From a virus: a stretch of DNA of 64,000 bases. The stretch is from positions 1 to 64,000 of IMG/VR virus record IMGVR_UViG_3300032092_000011; one strand, given 5' to 3'. Both the position numbers and the translations under genes were made by a program. Positions 20,726 through 30,498 of the stretch are shown here, piece after piece (within the stretch, counting starts at the first letter, position 1; the number at the start of each line of letters is the position of its first letter). The notes beneath the pieces were generated by a model, which searched no databases, had not been told where the DNA came from, and saw nothing but the letters and a program-made list of their open reading frames with translations.

Positions 20726-21895
20726 CTATTTTATTAAATTTGTTTTCCAATCGTAAGACCATTTAGTCTTTTTAGATTTTTTATACAAATTAGAAATTAG
20801 TTTGTCATACACTTCAACTAATCCTGGATTATGAATTGTATATCTTTTTAAAATATTTTGGTTTCTTTCATTATATTCTTCTATATTATTGTCGTGATTC
20901 TGTAAAACCCAGTCCAATTGTTTTGAACCTATTTCAATATTAAAATCTGGATAATAATATCCAGCATCTTTAATCATGTCAGCATTATGAATTAACGGAA
21001 AATTAAAGAATAAAACATCTAAATATGCATAGTTTAATGGATTTTCCCATTGATGCGAAATAACAATATCTGTCGCCTCTGATAAGTAATGACATACTGG
21101 GTATCTTGGTGTAAATTTAATTTTAGGAGGTTTAGCATTTACAATATCTAAATGTTTAATCATAGTTTTATAATAACTATTCTTTAATAATCTTTCACCG
21201 CTTGCTATTTGTAATAAATCAAATTTTGCTCCATTCCTAAATGATTCTTCGGCTATTAAAATTGGAATCATTGAAAATTTAACAACATTGAGATTAGGTT
21301 CAAAAACAGATATTCTTTTTTTAGAATCTGGATAATATATTGGTAGATTTTTATTTAAATCAATTCTGGTTTTTAAATCTTCTTGTAAAAACATAGGATC
21401 CCAAACAAATGGAACTGGAATAGCATTAGTTCTAAAAATAGTTTGATAATAATAATGATTTTGATAACCTTGCTGTGGAACATACCATATTTCATCTGAC
21501 CCTAAGTCCCACGTTGAAACCAATTCTTTAGATTCATTGAAAAGAGATCTTTCCATATCAATAACATAATTGTTACCGCACATGTATTTAATAACGCGCT
21601 TATGTGGAGAAACTGCTTTAAATTGATCCATGTGATCTTTAGGAAAAGAAGTTCCTAGAGTAATAAGAATATCAATATCTTTCCAGCATTCCCAGTATGA
21701 TTTAACAGGAAACCTAGTATGATCCCATACAACCTTTGTATAATCCGTTAATTTATTTCCAGTGTCTAAAATATAAACTTCATGTTTGCCTATTTGCTTT
21801 AATGCGTTTGCTAGAAAGATAGCATTTTGCTTAATACCATTAACCCAAATGCTTTCATTTTCAGATTGTAATCCTAATGTGATACCTATTACCAT
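20726..21895 (-). CDS. DUF2827 family protein (GT-B-like)
   Basis: IGIT..ESIWVNGIKQNAIFL, FEPNLNVVK, ISHQWENPLNYAYLD, PLIHN. Confidence 0.8.
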   Translation of the reverse strand: MVIGITLGLQSENESIWVNGIKQNAIFLANALKQIGKHEVYILDTGNKLTDYTKVVWDHTRFPVKSYWECWKDIDILITLGTSFPKDHMDQFKAVSPHKRVIKYMCGNNYVIDMERSLFNESKELVSTWDLGSDEIWYVPQQGYQNHYYYQTIFRTNAIPVPFVWDPMFLQEDLKTRIDLNKNLPIYYPDSKKRISVFEPNLNVVKFSMIPILIAEESFRNGAKFDLLQIASGERLLKNSYYKTMIKHLDIVNAKPPKIKFTPRYPVCHYLSEATDIVISHQWENPLNYAYLDVLFFNFPLIHNADMIKDAGYYYPDFNIEIGSKQLDWVLQNHDNNIEEYNERNQNILKRYTIHNPGLVEVYDKLISNLYKKSKKTKWSYDWKTNLIK

Positions 21896-21927
21896 AACTA
21901 TTCTTTATTTAGATATTTATTGACATT

Positions 21928-21955
21928 AAAAAAGGGAGCTTTTCAGCTCCCTTTT
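21928..21955 (-). terminator. intrinsic terminator
   Basis: AAAAGGGAGCT-TTTC-AGCTCCCTTTT. Confidence 0.8.
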
Positions 21956-21976
21956 ATTATTAAAATATTAGTACTA

Positions 21977-23347
21977 TTATGCTACAACGTATGTAACTTC
22001 TAAAGTATCATTTGAATCAATTTGATATGCTACTCCAGAGAATGTAATATCTCTACCTACAACAGTAGTAGCTACCAAAGTTTTTAAACCGTTTACATAT
22101 AGGTGACAAACTTCAGCTCTAACTGGTTCAGTTGCAACGTTAATTACAATTGGTGCACCAGCTGCAATTGGAAGAGTTACAGCAGGAGCAGTAATTCTTT
22201 CAGATACAAAATCTTCATTATTTACATAATTCGTATCGATACTTGCTACAGTAGCTTGAACTGTTGAAATTCTAGTATTGATTGAAGTAACATCATTATT
22301 GGTTGCTGTAATTTCAGCACCTAATGCAGTTTCTAATGAGTCAACCGATGCATCAGCTCTTAATACGAAAGAAGCAAATGCAGAATCATTAGTAGTATCA
22401 ACCGCATTAATAATAGATACGATTTCAGCAAAAGTATCGGCACTTGCAGTTGCAGCATTTAAGATTGCATCAATTCTTGCTTTTTCAGTAGATACTAAAG
22501 CAGCTAATGAAGTATCTCCAGATGTTCTAGCTGTAATTTCGCCAGATAATGCAGTTTCTAATGAATCGATAGAAGCTCTATCTTGGGTAACTGCAGCGGC
22601 TCTAGTAGATTCTTCAGCAGAAATTCTAGTAGTTAATGAAGTGTCTGCGGTACTTCTAGTATTTTCTTCCGTAGAAATTCTAGTAGTTAATGAAGTAACA
22701 TCAGTGTTAGTTGCAGTAATTTCGGCAGCTAACGCAGTTTCTAATGAATCAACTGAAGAGGGTAAAGTAGCAATCACAGTTTCGATTGAATCTACTGAAG
22801 AACCTAATTGTACTAAAGCAGTTGATTGAACTGTATTTACAGATTCAACAGTAGAAACTCTTGTATCAACTGAAGTTTTGGTTGCTAAAGTTCCAGCTAA
22901 AGTTTCTAACGAATCGATAGAAGCATCTTGAGCAGTATTTGTTGTAGCAACAGTTGCAATAGCAGTTGATTGAACTGTATTTACAGATTCAACTGCAGTA
23001 ACTCTTGTATCAACCGATGATTTAGTTGCTAGAGTGCCGGCTAGAGTCTCTAATGAATCGATTGATGCGTCCTGGGCTGTGTTGGTTGAGTTTGCGCTAC
23101 TGATTAACGTTTCTAATGAATCAACGGAGTTAGTTAAACCAGCGGTTCCACCACCTACAGCAGATTCTAACGAATCAATAGATGCTAATGTTGTTGAAAG
23201 TAAACCTTCAACGGAATCTACTGAAGCCTCAACACCATCAAATCTAGTGTCTACTGCAGCAGCATTTGGGATCTGAACATCAGTAACGGTTGCCCAGTTT
23301 ACCGTTTTAAGGAAGTCAGAAATTTGTTTTGACCTTAATTGCGACAT
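21977..23347 (-). CDS. coiled-coil repeat fibre-like virion protein
   Basis: Repeated AS(I/V)DSLET(L/A) and TSLTTRIS.EE units; beta-rich C-terminus. Confidence 0.7.
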   Translation of the reverse strand: MSQLRSKQISDFLKTVNWATVTDVQIPNAAAVDTRFDGVEASVDSVEGLLSTTLASIDSLESAVGGGTAGLTNSVDSLETLISSANSTNTAQDASIDSLETLAGTLATKSSVDTRVTAVESVNTVQSTAIATVATTNTAQDASIDSLETLAGTLATKTSVDTRVSTVESVNTVQSTALVQLGSSVDSIETVIATLPSSVDSLETALAAEITATNTDVTSLTTRISTEENTRSTADTSLTTRISAEESTRAAAVTQDRASIDSLETALSGEITARTSGDTSLAALVSTEKARIDAILNAATASADTFAEIVSIINAVDTTNDSAFASFVLRADASVDSLETALGAEITATNNDVTSINTRISTVQATVASIDTNYVNNEDFVSERITAPAVTLPIAAGAPIVINVATEPVRAEVCHLYVNGLKTLVATTVVGRDITFSGVAYQIDSNDTLEVTYVVA

Positions 23348-23442
23348 GTCTAATTGTTATTTTTCGGCCTTAGAAGTTTATTCCTCTAATGGTTTATATA
23401 TTTAGTCGCATCTTCCGAAATAACAATAACCTTATAATAATT

Positions 23443-24873
23443 TTAGCGGTGGATTTGATAATTGAAGTCGATTCGATCTGAATCTTCTAAGAAATAACCA
23501 GAAACTTCTGCATTCCAATACAATTGATCGCCTTGATCCAAGTCAACGTATGATTTTGCTGTGGTTCCGCCATCTCCTGAGAAATAGCATGCATATCCAT
23601 TTTTAGTTCCATTTCCAACATCATTAATAACTCCATTTACGTTAACTTCGATATATGTTGTTGGCGCAGGATCTAGTGCTAAACCTAACCCAGTACCTTG
23701 AATAGTTGAACTTAAAATTACTAAATTTGGAATTAAGTTTCTTTCAGTATATGGCACTACATTTGGTGCTAAATTACTTTCAACTGGAATTTCAGCTGCT
23801 AAACTTGCTAATGTTGTAATACTAGCCGTTAAACTATTAATTTGAGAAATTAAATTAGATTCGATTGTTGAAACTCTTGTGTCAACAGAAGTTTTACTTG
23901 CTAATGTGATAGCTAAATTTTCTAATGAATCAACCGAATTTTCAACAGTATCTATTTCATTACCAGTCGTTGTTAAATCAGATCTTAATTCAGAAATATC
24001 TGTTACTAAATCGCCAACTTCAGTGTAAGCTTCTAATTGATACGATATTCTTTGACCAACTTCCCATTCTAAATCTTCAATAATATTGCTAGATGAAACA
24101 GATTCAAAATCTAATGTTAATTTAATAGCATCTGCAAAATCGGTAGATGAATTATTTGAATTTAGGTTAATTCTTTCCCATGAAATAATATCATATATTG
24201 CATATTGCGTTGGTGAAAGGGTGTTAATTATTGTGATTGTTGCTTTTTGACCAGGGCTTGAAAATCTCTGCATTAAAAAATTTTCAAGAGAAGACAATCT
24301 AATATTATTTTCGTTTAAATTATTAAAAATAATACTAGTTGTCAATTCTGGATTTGTGCTATTAACTGATGCCTTTCCAAAAGAAGTTGGATTAGATCCA
24401 CTTACTGATATAATATTAAAAGTAGAAACTAGAATATCTCCGGCAACTGAAGTCTGTAAAGCTGGAACTCCTGTTGCTACAACTTCAGCAATTTTAAATT
24501 GTGCAAACTCGTATCTTTTAGTTGCAGGAAAGTAATTTCTAGTATCGGTGAATATAACTTCAGCATATAGATCTCCTAAATCTAAATTACTAGAATAAAA
24601 TTGAGAAATTGTAAATGTTGCCTCTCCTTTAGATTCATCAAATTGCGAAATTGTAATAGGTTCAGCATATTCATTTGGATAATTGTATACAAGTAATCTT
24701 TTGCCAGCCGAATTGAATAAAGAAACTTTTAAAGTTCCGGTTCTTCTAATATCTAATTGTTTACCAATAAAGTCCTTGTATAAAGTGAGCTTAATATTGG
24801 TAGAAAGGCCTTGACCAACCGTTACTACATTTTCTAAATATATTAAAATGTCATCTTTAGCAATATAAGCCAT
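23443..24873 (-). CDS. putative virion structural protein
   Basis: 476 aa; shares NSVDSLE.LA.TLA.KTSVDTRVST segment with the neighbouring gene. Confidence 0.65.
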   Translation of the reverse strand: MAYIAKDDILIYLENVVTVGQGLSTNIKLTLYKDFIGKQLDIRRTGTLKVSLFNSAGKRLLVYNYPNEYAEPITISQFDESKGEATFTISQFYSSNLDLGDLYAEVIFTDTRNYFPATKRYEFAQFKIAEVVATGVPALQTSVAGDILVSTFNIISVSGSNPTSFGKASVNSTNPELTTSIIFNNLNENNIRLSSLENFLMQRFSSPGQKATITIINTLSPTQYAIYDIISWERINLNSNNSSTDFADAIKLTLDFESVSSSNIIEDLEWEVGQRISYQLEAYTEVGDLVTDISELRSDLTTTGNEIDTVENSVDSLENLAITLASKTSVDTRVSTIESNLISQINSLTASITTLASLAAEIPVESNLAPNVVPYTERNLIPNLVILSSTIQGTGLGLALDPAPTTYIEVNVNGVINDVGNGTKNGYACYFSGDGGTTAKSYVDLDQGDQLYWNAEVSGYFLEDSDRIDFNYQIHR

Positions 24874-24924
24874 TTTAGGATTTTATGTTTATTCAATCTA
24901 TATATTTATATTAGACATAGGTGA

Positions 24925-25605
24925 TTATCCTCCGGTTTGAAGATAATTGAATATTTTATAAGACAATATTGGAATAATCGCATCTTCAATAGGAAGATCC
25001 TTTTTAATGTCCGCCCTAATTATCATGATTTTTGGATCTTCCTTAAATTTATTTACAAAATCCGATATTTTTTCTAGACTAAATTCTTCTGGCCCAAAAT
25101 TAAACTCGATTTTAAACTTCTTAGGATCTTGCTTTAAGATAGGTTTATTAAAACTATAAAAATATTGAGACAATGAAGTACATACAATAACATATCCAGA
25201 ACTATAAACTAATTTTTTATTAGGAATTTGGGTTATTGCCATGCATTTTTCTAGTTCTCTCCATTTACCCCTAACATCCTTATATATTTTTTCAAGGAAA
25301 ATTGTTGCATCTTCTGCAATCTTTTTTAAAACCTCTAATTCTTCATTATGCTCATTTTCGTAAGCAATTGACATAGTGTCTAGATCAATTCCTTTAATCT
25401 TTTGTAATTTAGATGAGTTTTCATCAATCGTATATTTAAACTTATATAGGCTTTCTAGATGTGATTCAATTTCACTTAATACAGGATATACTCTGTTCTC
25501 ACGAACCATCGACTGATATTTCATACCAGCCGATAGTAACTTATACTTTTTAAATTCGTAATCTATTGGACCTGAAAAGATCCAATCTTTCTGCAGAATT
25601 TCCAT
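24925..25605 (-). CDS. hypothetical protein (resembles a conserved Bacteroidota protein, DW..G.IDYEFKKY.LL)
   Basis: N-terminal motif recalled from memory; function unknown. Confidence 0.65.
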   Translation of the reverse strand: MEILQKDWIFSGPIDYEFKKYKLLSAGMKYQSMVRENRVYPVLSEIESHLESLYKFKYTIDENSSKLQKIKGIDLDTMSIAYENEHNEELEVLKKIAEDATIFLEKIYKDVRGKWRELEKCMAITQIPNKKLVYSSGYVIVCTSLSQYFYSFNKPILKQDPKKFKIEFNFGPEEFSLEKISDFVNKFKEDPKIMIIRADIKKDLPIEDAIIPILSYKIFNYLQTGG

Positions 25606-25624
25606 GTGTTATTTATCATGGAAA

Positions 25625-25930
25625 TTAGTTTTTACGGCGGATTTCTACTTTTTCAGTTTCTTTTTGGACAATTTGATGACCTACTGTGGTTAAACCCCAT
25701 TGTAAAATAAACCAACTTGCTTCCATTTCCGACAACTTATCAGATAGACCGAGTTCAGATTTTATTTTCTTTGCACAATAATCCATAAAAATCTTTTGTT
25801 CTTCTTCGGTTGTTTTATAGTTCATGTACCAATTAGGTTCATTTACTACATCATCATATGTTTTCCCGAATGGTTCTAATTGTTTATTAATTAATTCAAC
25901 AAACAATTTCTTTTGGATGTCTCTGCTCAT
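25625..25930 (-). CDS. hypothetical protein
   Basis: ORF in operon downstream of clpP. Confidence 0.7.
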   Translation of the reverse strand: MSRDIQKKLFVELINKQLEPFGKTYDDVVNEPNWYMNYKTTEEEQKIFMDYCAKKIKSELGLSDKLSEMEASWFILQWGLTTVGHQIVQKETEKVEIRRKN

Positions 25931-26133
25931 AGTTCAATAAGTTCATTTAAAAGTCCTCGATCGATTAAGGCAATATATTCATTTGCAGAAATAGAAACTT
26001 GAATCCATCCTTTTGCCGGAACATTTTGATATAGAATAGAATCTTCGTCATCTTGTTCAAGAGACCAAATAATATTAAGTATTCTTTTGAAGTACTCAAC
26101 TCTGCTGGATTCAATGTAAAAGTGGACGTTCAT
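25927..26133 (-). CDS. hypothetical protein
   Basis: ORF with 4-nt overlap to next gene. Confidence 0.65.
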   Translation of the reverse strand: MNVHFYIESSRVEYFKRILNIIWSLEQDDEDSILYQNVPAKGWIQVSISANEYIALIDRGLLNELIEL

Positions 26134-26140
26134 GTTTTAT

Positions 26141-26818
26141 TTATTTTCTTTTAATAATACTATCAATAATTCCATAATCTAAGGCCTGCTGTGAATTTAA
26201 CCAAAAATCTCTAGTAGCATCTGCTTTGACAACTTCAGCATCTTTACCACAATATTCTCCAAGAAGTTGGAATAGAATATCGTTTACCTTTTGCCATTCT
26301 TTCCAATCAATTTCAGCATCTTGAATATTTCCACTAAAACCGCCCGATGATTGATGTAACATTGTTGTTGAGAATCTTAGTGAAGATCTTTTACCCTTTG
26401 TACCGGCTCCTAATAAAACCGAACCCATTGAAGCAGCCATACCGGTGTTTACTGTTCTAATATCACTTTTAATATAATCCATTACATCCACCATTGAAAG
26501 GCCTGATTTAACAGATCCGCCTGGAGAATCAATATGCATTGTAATGTCTTCATTGCCGATAGAATCAAGAAACATTAATTGGGCTTGGACAACAGTAGAC
26601 ATGTTGTCATTTACTTCACCAGCAACCCATAATAAGCGGTCCATCATTAATCTTGAAAAAATGTCCATTTGAACTGCTCTTAATTCTCTTTCTTCTAAAA
26701 TATAAGGCGTTAATGACCCATTTATCTGTTTTTGATAATAGTCTAAAGTTAATGAAGATACATTATGCTCAGATTTTGCATAGCGGTTGAATTCCGTTGA
26801 TTTGTTTAAGTAGTTCAT
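26141..26818 (-). CDS. clpP: ATP-dependent Clp protease proteolytic subunit
   Basis: MDIFSRLMMDR, IDSPGGSV, GMAASMG (catalytic Ser), MLHQ, RDFWL. Confidence 0.96.
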   Translation of the reverse strand: MNYLNKSTEFNRYAKSEHNVSSLTLDYYQKQINGSLTPYILEERELRAVQMDIFSRLMMDRLLWVAGEVNDNMSTVVQAQLMFLDSIGNEDITMHIDSPGGSVKSGLSMVDVMDYIKSDIRTVNTGMAASMGSVLLGAGTKGKRSSLRFSTTMLHQSSGGFSGNIQDAEIDWKEWQKVNDILFQLLGEYCGKDAEVVKADATRDFWLNSQQALDYGIIDSIIKRK

Positions 26819-27123
26819 ATTTTATTAATTAAATCTTGAATGACTTGGCAAGTTTCATAATCTTCTATTTTTAGAAAATACTCGTTTGCCTTTGTTAATG
26901 ATTTTTTCCAACTTGATTTATCTAAACTTACATTATATTTAGATCCGTATTCATCTATAAACTGACACAGCATATTATGCTTAATTATTCCATTTACAGA
27001 TCCTGAGATGTGCCGAATTATTTGCCTATTAAAAATGTCTTCAGATTCTCCGTCTACGTATTTTTCCATGCGAGGACTTCCTTGAAACGAAGTTAAAGTT
27101 ATTTTAATAATCGGTACTTGCAT
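26815..27123 (-). CDS. UVR-like motif protein coupled to clpP
   Basis: C-terminal ANEYFLKIEDYETCQVIQDLI; 4-nt overlap with clpP start. Confidence 0.7.
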   Translation of the reverse strand: MQVPIIKITLTSFQGSPRMEKYVDGESEDIFNRQIIRHISGSVNGIIKHNMLCQFIDEYGSKYNVSLDKSSWKKSLTKANEYFLKIEDYETCQVIQDLINKI

Positions 27124-27962
27124 TATTTTATATTTAGGAAATCTTTTAGAATTGCTAGATATCCGGCTTGTTTAGTTTCTTCTGAAATATTATCTATTGT
27201 ATCAATAAATTTTTGGCCAGATTCTGTATATTTTAAACCACCATTAACAGTAAATAATGGTTCAATAAGATTCATAGTATATTGTTTATCGGTCGGTCCA
27301 TTATCAAGAATTTGACTAGCTAATTCAAAGTGTCTTTCATAATAATGAATATTGTCAGCAAAATGTGAATATGTACCAAGTTCTAGAGATGGGTAAGTTT
27401 CTTTTAACCATAACAGCATATGTTGATGCACGAATGCAAAAAACGGAGCATCGAAAGTTAAACCATAGAAAATATCATTTGATCTCATTTGGACTTTCAT
27501 GTAAAGCTTGTTATCACGGATAAAGAAATTTAAATACATTGTACATACAAAATCTTTATTACCCTTAAATTGAAATTTTGGTTGATTTAAGAATGCGATC
27601 GCTTGTCTAGTGTTTTGGTCTTCTTTTAAAGAGTTTAAACACCATTCCAACTGATCACCAAATAATAAATTACCATAATTTGAATTTATCTGATTAGTCC
27701 CAGGATTTGTGATACCTTTCCAAAAACCAGAAAAACGATTAATATAGTCAATATCAGTATCTTGTTTTAAATACCATGCTAATTCGCCAGCAAAGTATTT
27801 CCAATTAAATGATCGATCCTTAAAAGATGCAATTGGAGAAATTGAATCAATTGCAATTTGGCCGTAAATTAATTCACGAACCTTTAAACTTCTAGGTTGT
27901 GATTCTGAACCAAGCGTATCGATATTCTTAATTGTTTGTATAAATTGATTAGAAAAACTCAT
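27123..27962 (-). CDS. thymidylate synthase superfamily, T4 gp42-like dCMP hydroxymethylase (start MSFSNQF)
   Basis: INSNYG, NTRQAI, KDFVCT, MRSNDIFYGLTFD, HYYERH; Asp at the ThyA Asn177 specificity position. Confidence 0.8.
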   Translation of the reverse strand: MSFSNQFIQTIKNIDTLGSESQPRSLKVRELIYGQIAIDSISPIASFKDRSFNWKYFAGELAWYLKQDTDIDYINRFSGFWKGITNPGTNQINSNYGNLLFGDQLEWCLNSLKEDQNTRQAIAFLNQPKFQFKGNKDFVCTMYLNFFIRDNKLYMKVQMRSNDIFYGLTFDAPFFAFVHQHMLLWLKETYPSLELGTYSHFADNIHYYERHFELASQILDNGPTDKQYTMNLIEPLFTVNGGLKYTESGQKFIDTIDNISEETKQAGYLAILKDFLNIK

Positions 27963-27987
27963 TAATATATTTTTTAGTATTATACAC

Positions 27988-30003
27988 TTATTTAAAAGAA
28001 AGTTTATCAGCATCTTTTTCATGCGTGATTGTGTAGTACACTTCATTAGAAGGTTCAATTGACTTTTCAATAATTGCATCAGCCAATAAATCTTCAACAT
28101 GAGATTGAATTGCTCGTTTTAAAGGTCTTGCACCGTATGCTGGATCGTATCCTTCTTTAACTAAAAACTGTTTAGCAGATTTTGTAAATCTAAGAGAAAT
28201 ATTCTGCTCTTCTAATCTTTCAATCACATCAGCCAATTCAATTTCAACAATCTTAAAAATACTCTCTTCTGATAATTGTTCAAATAGAATCATGTCATCT
28301 AATCGGTTTAAGAATTCTGGTGGAAATTTATTCTTTAATTCTTTTCTAATAATAGATTCCATTTTAGCTTTATACGTAGCATCGCTCATATCGGTTTGGA
28401 ATCCGATACCAACTCCAAATTCTGAGAATTTACGGGCACCAACATTAGAAGTCATGATGATAATAGTGTTTGTAAAATCAATAGTTCTACCTAAAGAATC
28501 TGTTAAACGACCATCATCTAAAACCTGCAATAATGTATTGAAAATATCTGGATGTGCTTTTTCTATCTCATCAAATAGAATTACTGAATATGGTTTACGC
28601 CTAACGGCCTCGGTCAATTGACCGCCTTCTTCGTAACCAACATATCCTGGAGGAGAACCAATAAGTCTAGACACTGTGAATTTTTCTTGGTATTCACTCA
28701 TGTCAATTCTAACAAGGTTGTCTTCAGACCCAAAATAATATTCTGTTAAAGCTTTTACAGTTTCAGTTTTACCAACACCAGTTGGTCCAATAAACATAAA
28801 TGAACCGATTGGCTTTTTAGCCGAGCTAACACCGGTTCTAGAACGTTTAATAACTTTACATAAAGATTCTACAGCTTGATCCTGTCCAATAATAAGTTTC
28901 TTCAACTCTTTTGACATATTTAGAATCATTTTACTTTCATCACCGCTTAATCTTGCTACTGGAATTCCAGTTATTTCAGCAATTGTATGCGCAACGTCGT
29001 CTTCAGTAACAAGTCTCTTTTTATCACGAAGGCTTTTTTCCCAATCCTTAATCTTTTGCTCGATTTCTTTACGTTTAGCAATTTCTAAATCTCTAAATTG
29101 TGCTGCTCCTTCGTAATCTTGTTTGGCAACTGAAGAATGTTTTTGTTTTCCGAATTCATCAGCATCCTCTTCCATCTTTTTAATATAAGATGGAACTTTG
29201 ATTTCTGATAAATGGATTTTTGAACCAACTTCATCCATAACATCAATTGCCTTATCAGGTAATTCACGCTGAGTAATATAACGCTCTGAAAGTCTAACAC
29301 ATGCATCAATTGCTTCTGGACTATATGTTACAGCATGATGATCTTCATACTTCTCTTTGATTCTATTAAGAATTTCGATAGCTTCGTCTAAACTAGGTGG
29401 GTCAATAAAAACCTCTTGAAATCTTCTAGTTAGAGCACCATCTTCTTCAATATGTTCTCGATATTCGTCAGTTGTTGTTGCACCAATACAATGAACTTGT
29501 CCTCTTGCCAATGCTGGTTTTAAAATATTTGAAGCATCTAAAGAACCAGAAGAACCACCAGCGCCAATTAAAGTGTGGATCTCATCAATAAAAACAATAA
29601 TATCTTGATTTTCTTTAAGTTCATCAACAATAACTTTCATACGCTCTTCAAATTCACCACGGTATTTAGTACCGGCAACGATTGTAGTTAAGTTTAATGA
29701 AATTATGCGTTTATTAAAAAGTGTACGAGCCACTTTCTTTTCAACTATACGCTGTGCAATAGCCTCAACAATTGCGGTTTTACCAACTCCTGGATCTCCT
29801 AAGATGATTGGATTGTTTTTCTTTCTACGAGAAAGAATTTGGCAAACTCGATAAACTTCTTTTTCACGACCAATGATCGGATCAAGTTTACCTTCGGCTG
29901 CCATTTGTGTTAGATCTTCACCGAACTGGTCAATGAATGGAGTTTTACCCTTTGGTTGTTTTTTGGGGTTAGTATTTAAATTTTCATCAATATGATCCAT
30001 CAT
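27988..30003 (-). CDS. clpC: ClpC-type AAA+ unfoldase lacking the N-terminal repeat domain
   Basis: Two AAA modules (GDPGVGKT, GPTGVGKT), UVR M-domain QDYEGAAQFRD, IGF ClpP-docking loop. Confidence 0.9.
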   Translation of the reverse strand: MMDHIDENLNTNPKKQPKGKTPFIDQFGEDLTQMAAEGKLDPIIGREKEVYRVCQILSRRKKNNPIILGDPGVGKTAIVEAIAQRIVEKKVARTLFNKRIISLNLTTIVAGTKYRGEFEERMKVIVDELKENQDIIVFIDEIHTLIGAGGSSGSLDASNILKPALARGQVHCIGATTTDEYREHIEEDGALTRRFQEVFIDPPSLDEAIEILNRIKEKYEDHHAVTYSPEAIDACVRLSERYITQRELPDKAIDVMDEVGSKIHLSEIKVPSYIKKMEEDADEFGKQKHSSVAKQDYEGAAQFRDLEIAKRKEIEQKIKDWEKSLRDKKRLVTEDDVAHTIAEITGIPVARLSGDESKMILNMSKELKKLIIGQDQAVESLCKVIKRSRTGVSSAKKPIGSFMFIGPTGVGKTETVKALTEYYFGSEDNLVRIDMSEYQEKFTVSRLIGSPPGYVGYEEGGQLTEAVRRKPYSVILFDEIEKAHPDIFNTLLQVLDDGRLTDSLGRTIDFTNTIIIMTSNVGARKFSEFGVGIGFQTDMSDATYKAKMESIIRKELKNKFPPEFLNRLDDMILFEQLSEESIFKIVEIELADVIERLEEQNISLRFTKSAKQFLVKEGYDPAYGARPLKRAIQSHVEDLLADAIIEKSIEPSNEVYYTITHEKDADKLSFK

Positions 30004-30025
30004 AAGGTATTAATTTTCTATCTTG

Positions 30026-30481
30026 TTATTTATTGATATTATCAGCAGCATGAACCGCTGGTAAAAGGTCTGGTTTTATATTAGCATTGATTCCTAAGGA
30101 TTCAACCCAACCTCTAGCGGCTGAAACTAATCGGCTTGAGGCATAACGGTCGTCTTCATTTAGGTCTAAATCTATGTTATGGATTTCTACTCCATGTTCT
30201 CTTAAATAAAGGGCTAGAGCAACGGATCTTTCAACTTCTTTCCATAAACGATCCCACATGACATCAATCCTCGGTAATCTTTCTCGCAAATAAAGAACAT
30301 GACATCCAGTATCTCCAATATGGAGAACTACTGTGGTTGCATAGATTGAAACATCAGCTTTATTTTGACTATCACATCCAACATAGATTTGTATATCATC
30401 TCTTCCGCTTTCTTCTAAATATTGCTTGATATAACCTGCTATTTCAACCTCTTTCCCATCTGTTAATCTTTTCAATAGCAT
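30026..30481 (-). CDS. RNase H-like YkuK (DUF458) family protein
   Basis: IYVGCDSQ, RLWKEVERS, IDLDLN, AVHAAD. Confidence 0.85.
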   Translation of the reverse strand: MLLKRLTDGKEVEIAGYIKQYLEESGRDDIQIYVGCDSQNKADVSIYATTVVLHIGDTGCHVLYLRERLPRIDVMWDRLWKEVERSVALALYLREHGVEIHNIDLDLNEDDRYASSRLVSAARGWVESLGINANIKPDLLPAVHAADNINK

Positions 30482-30498
30482 GGTAATTATATTAAATT

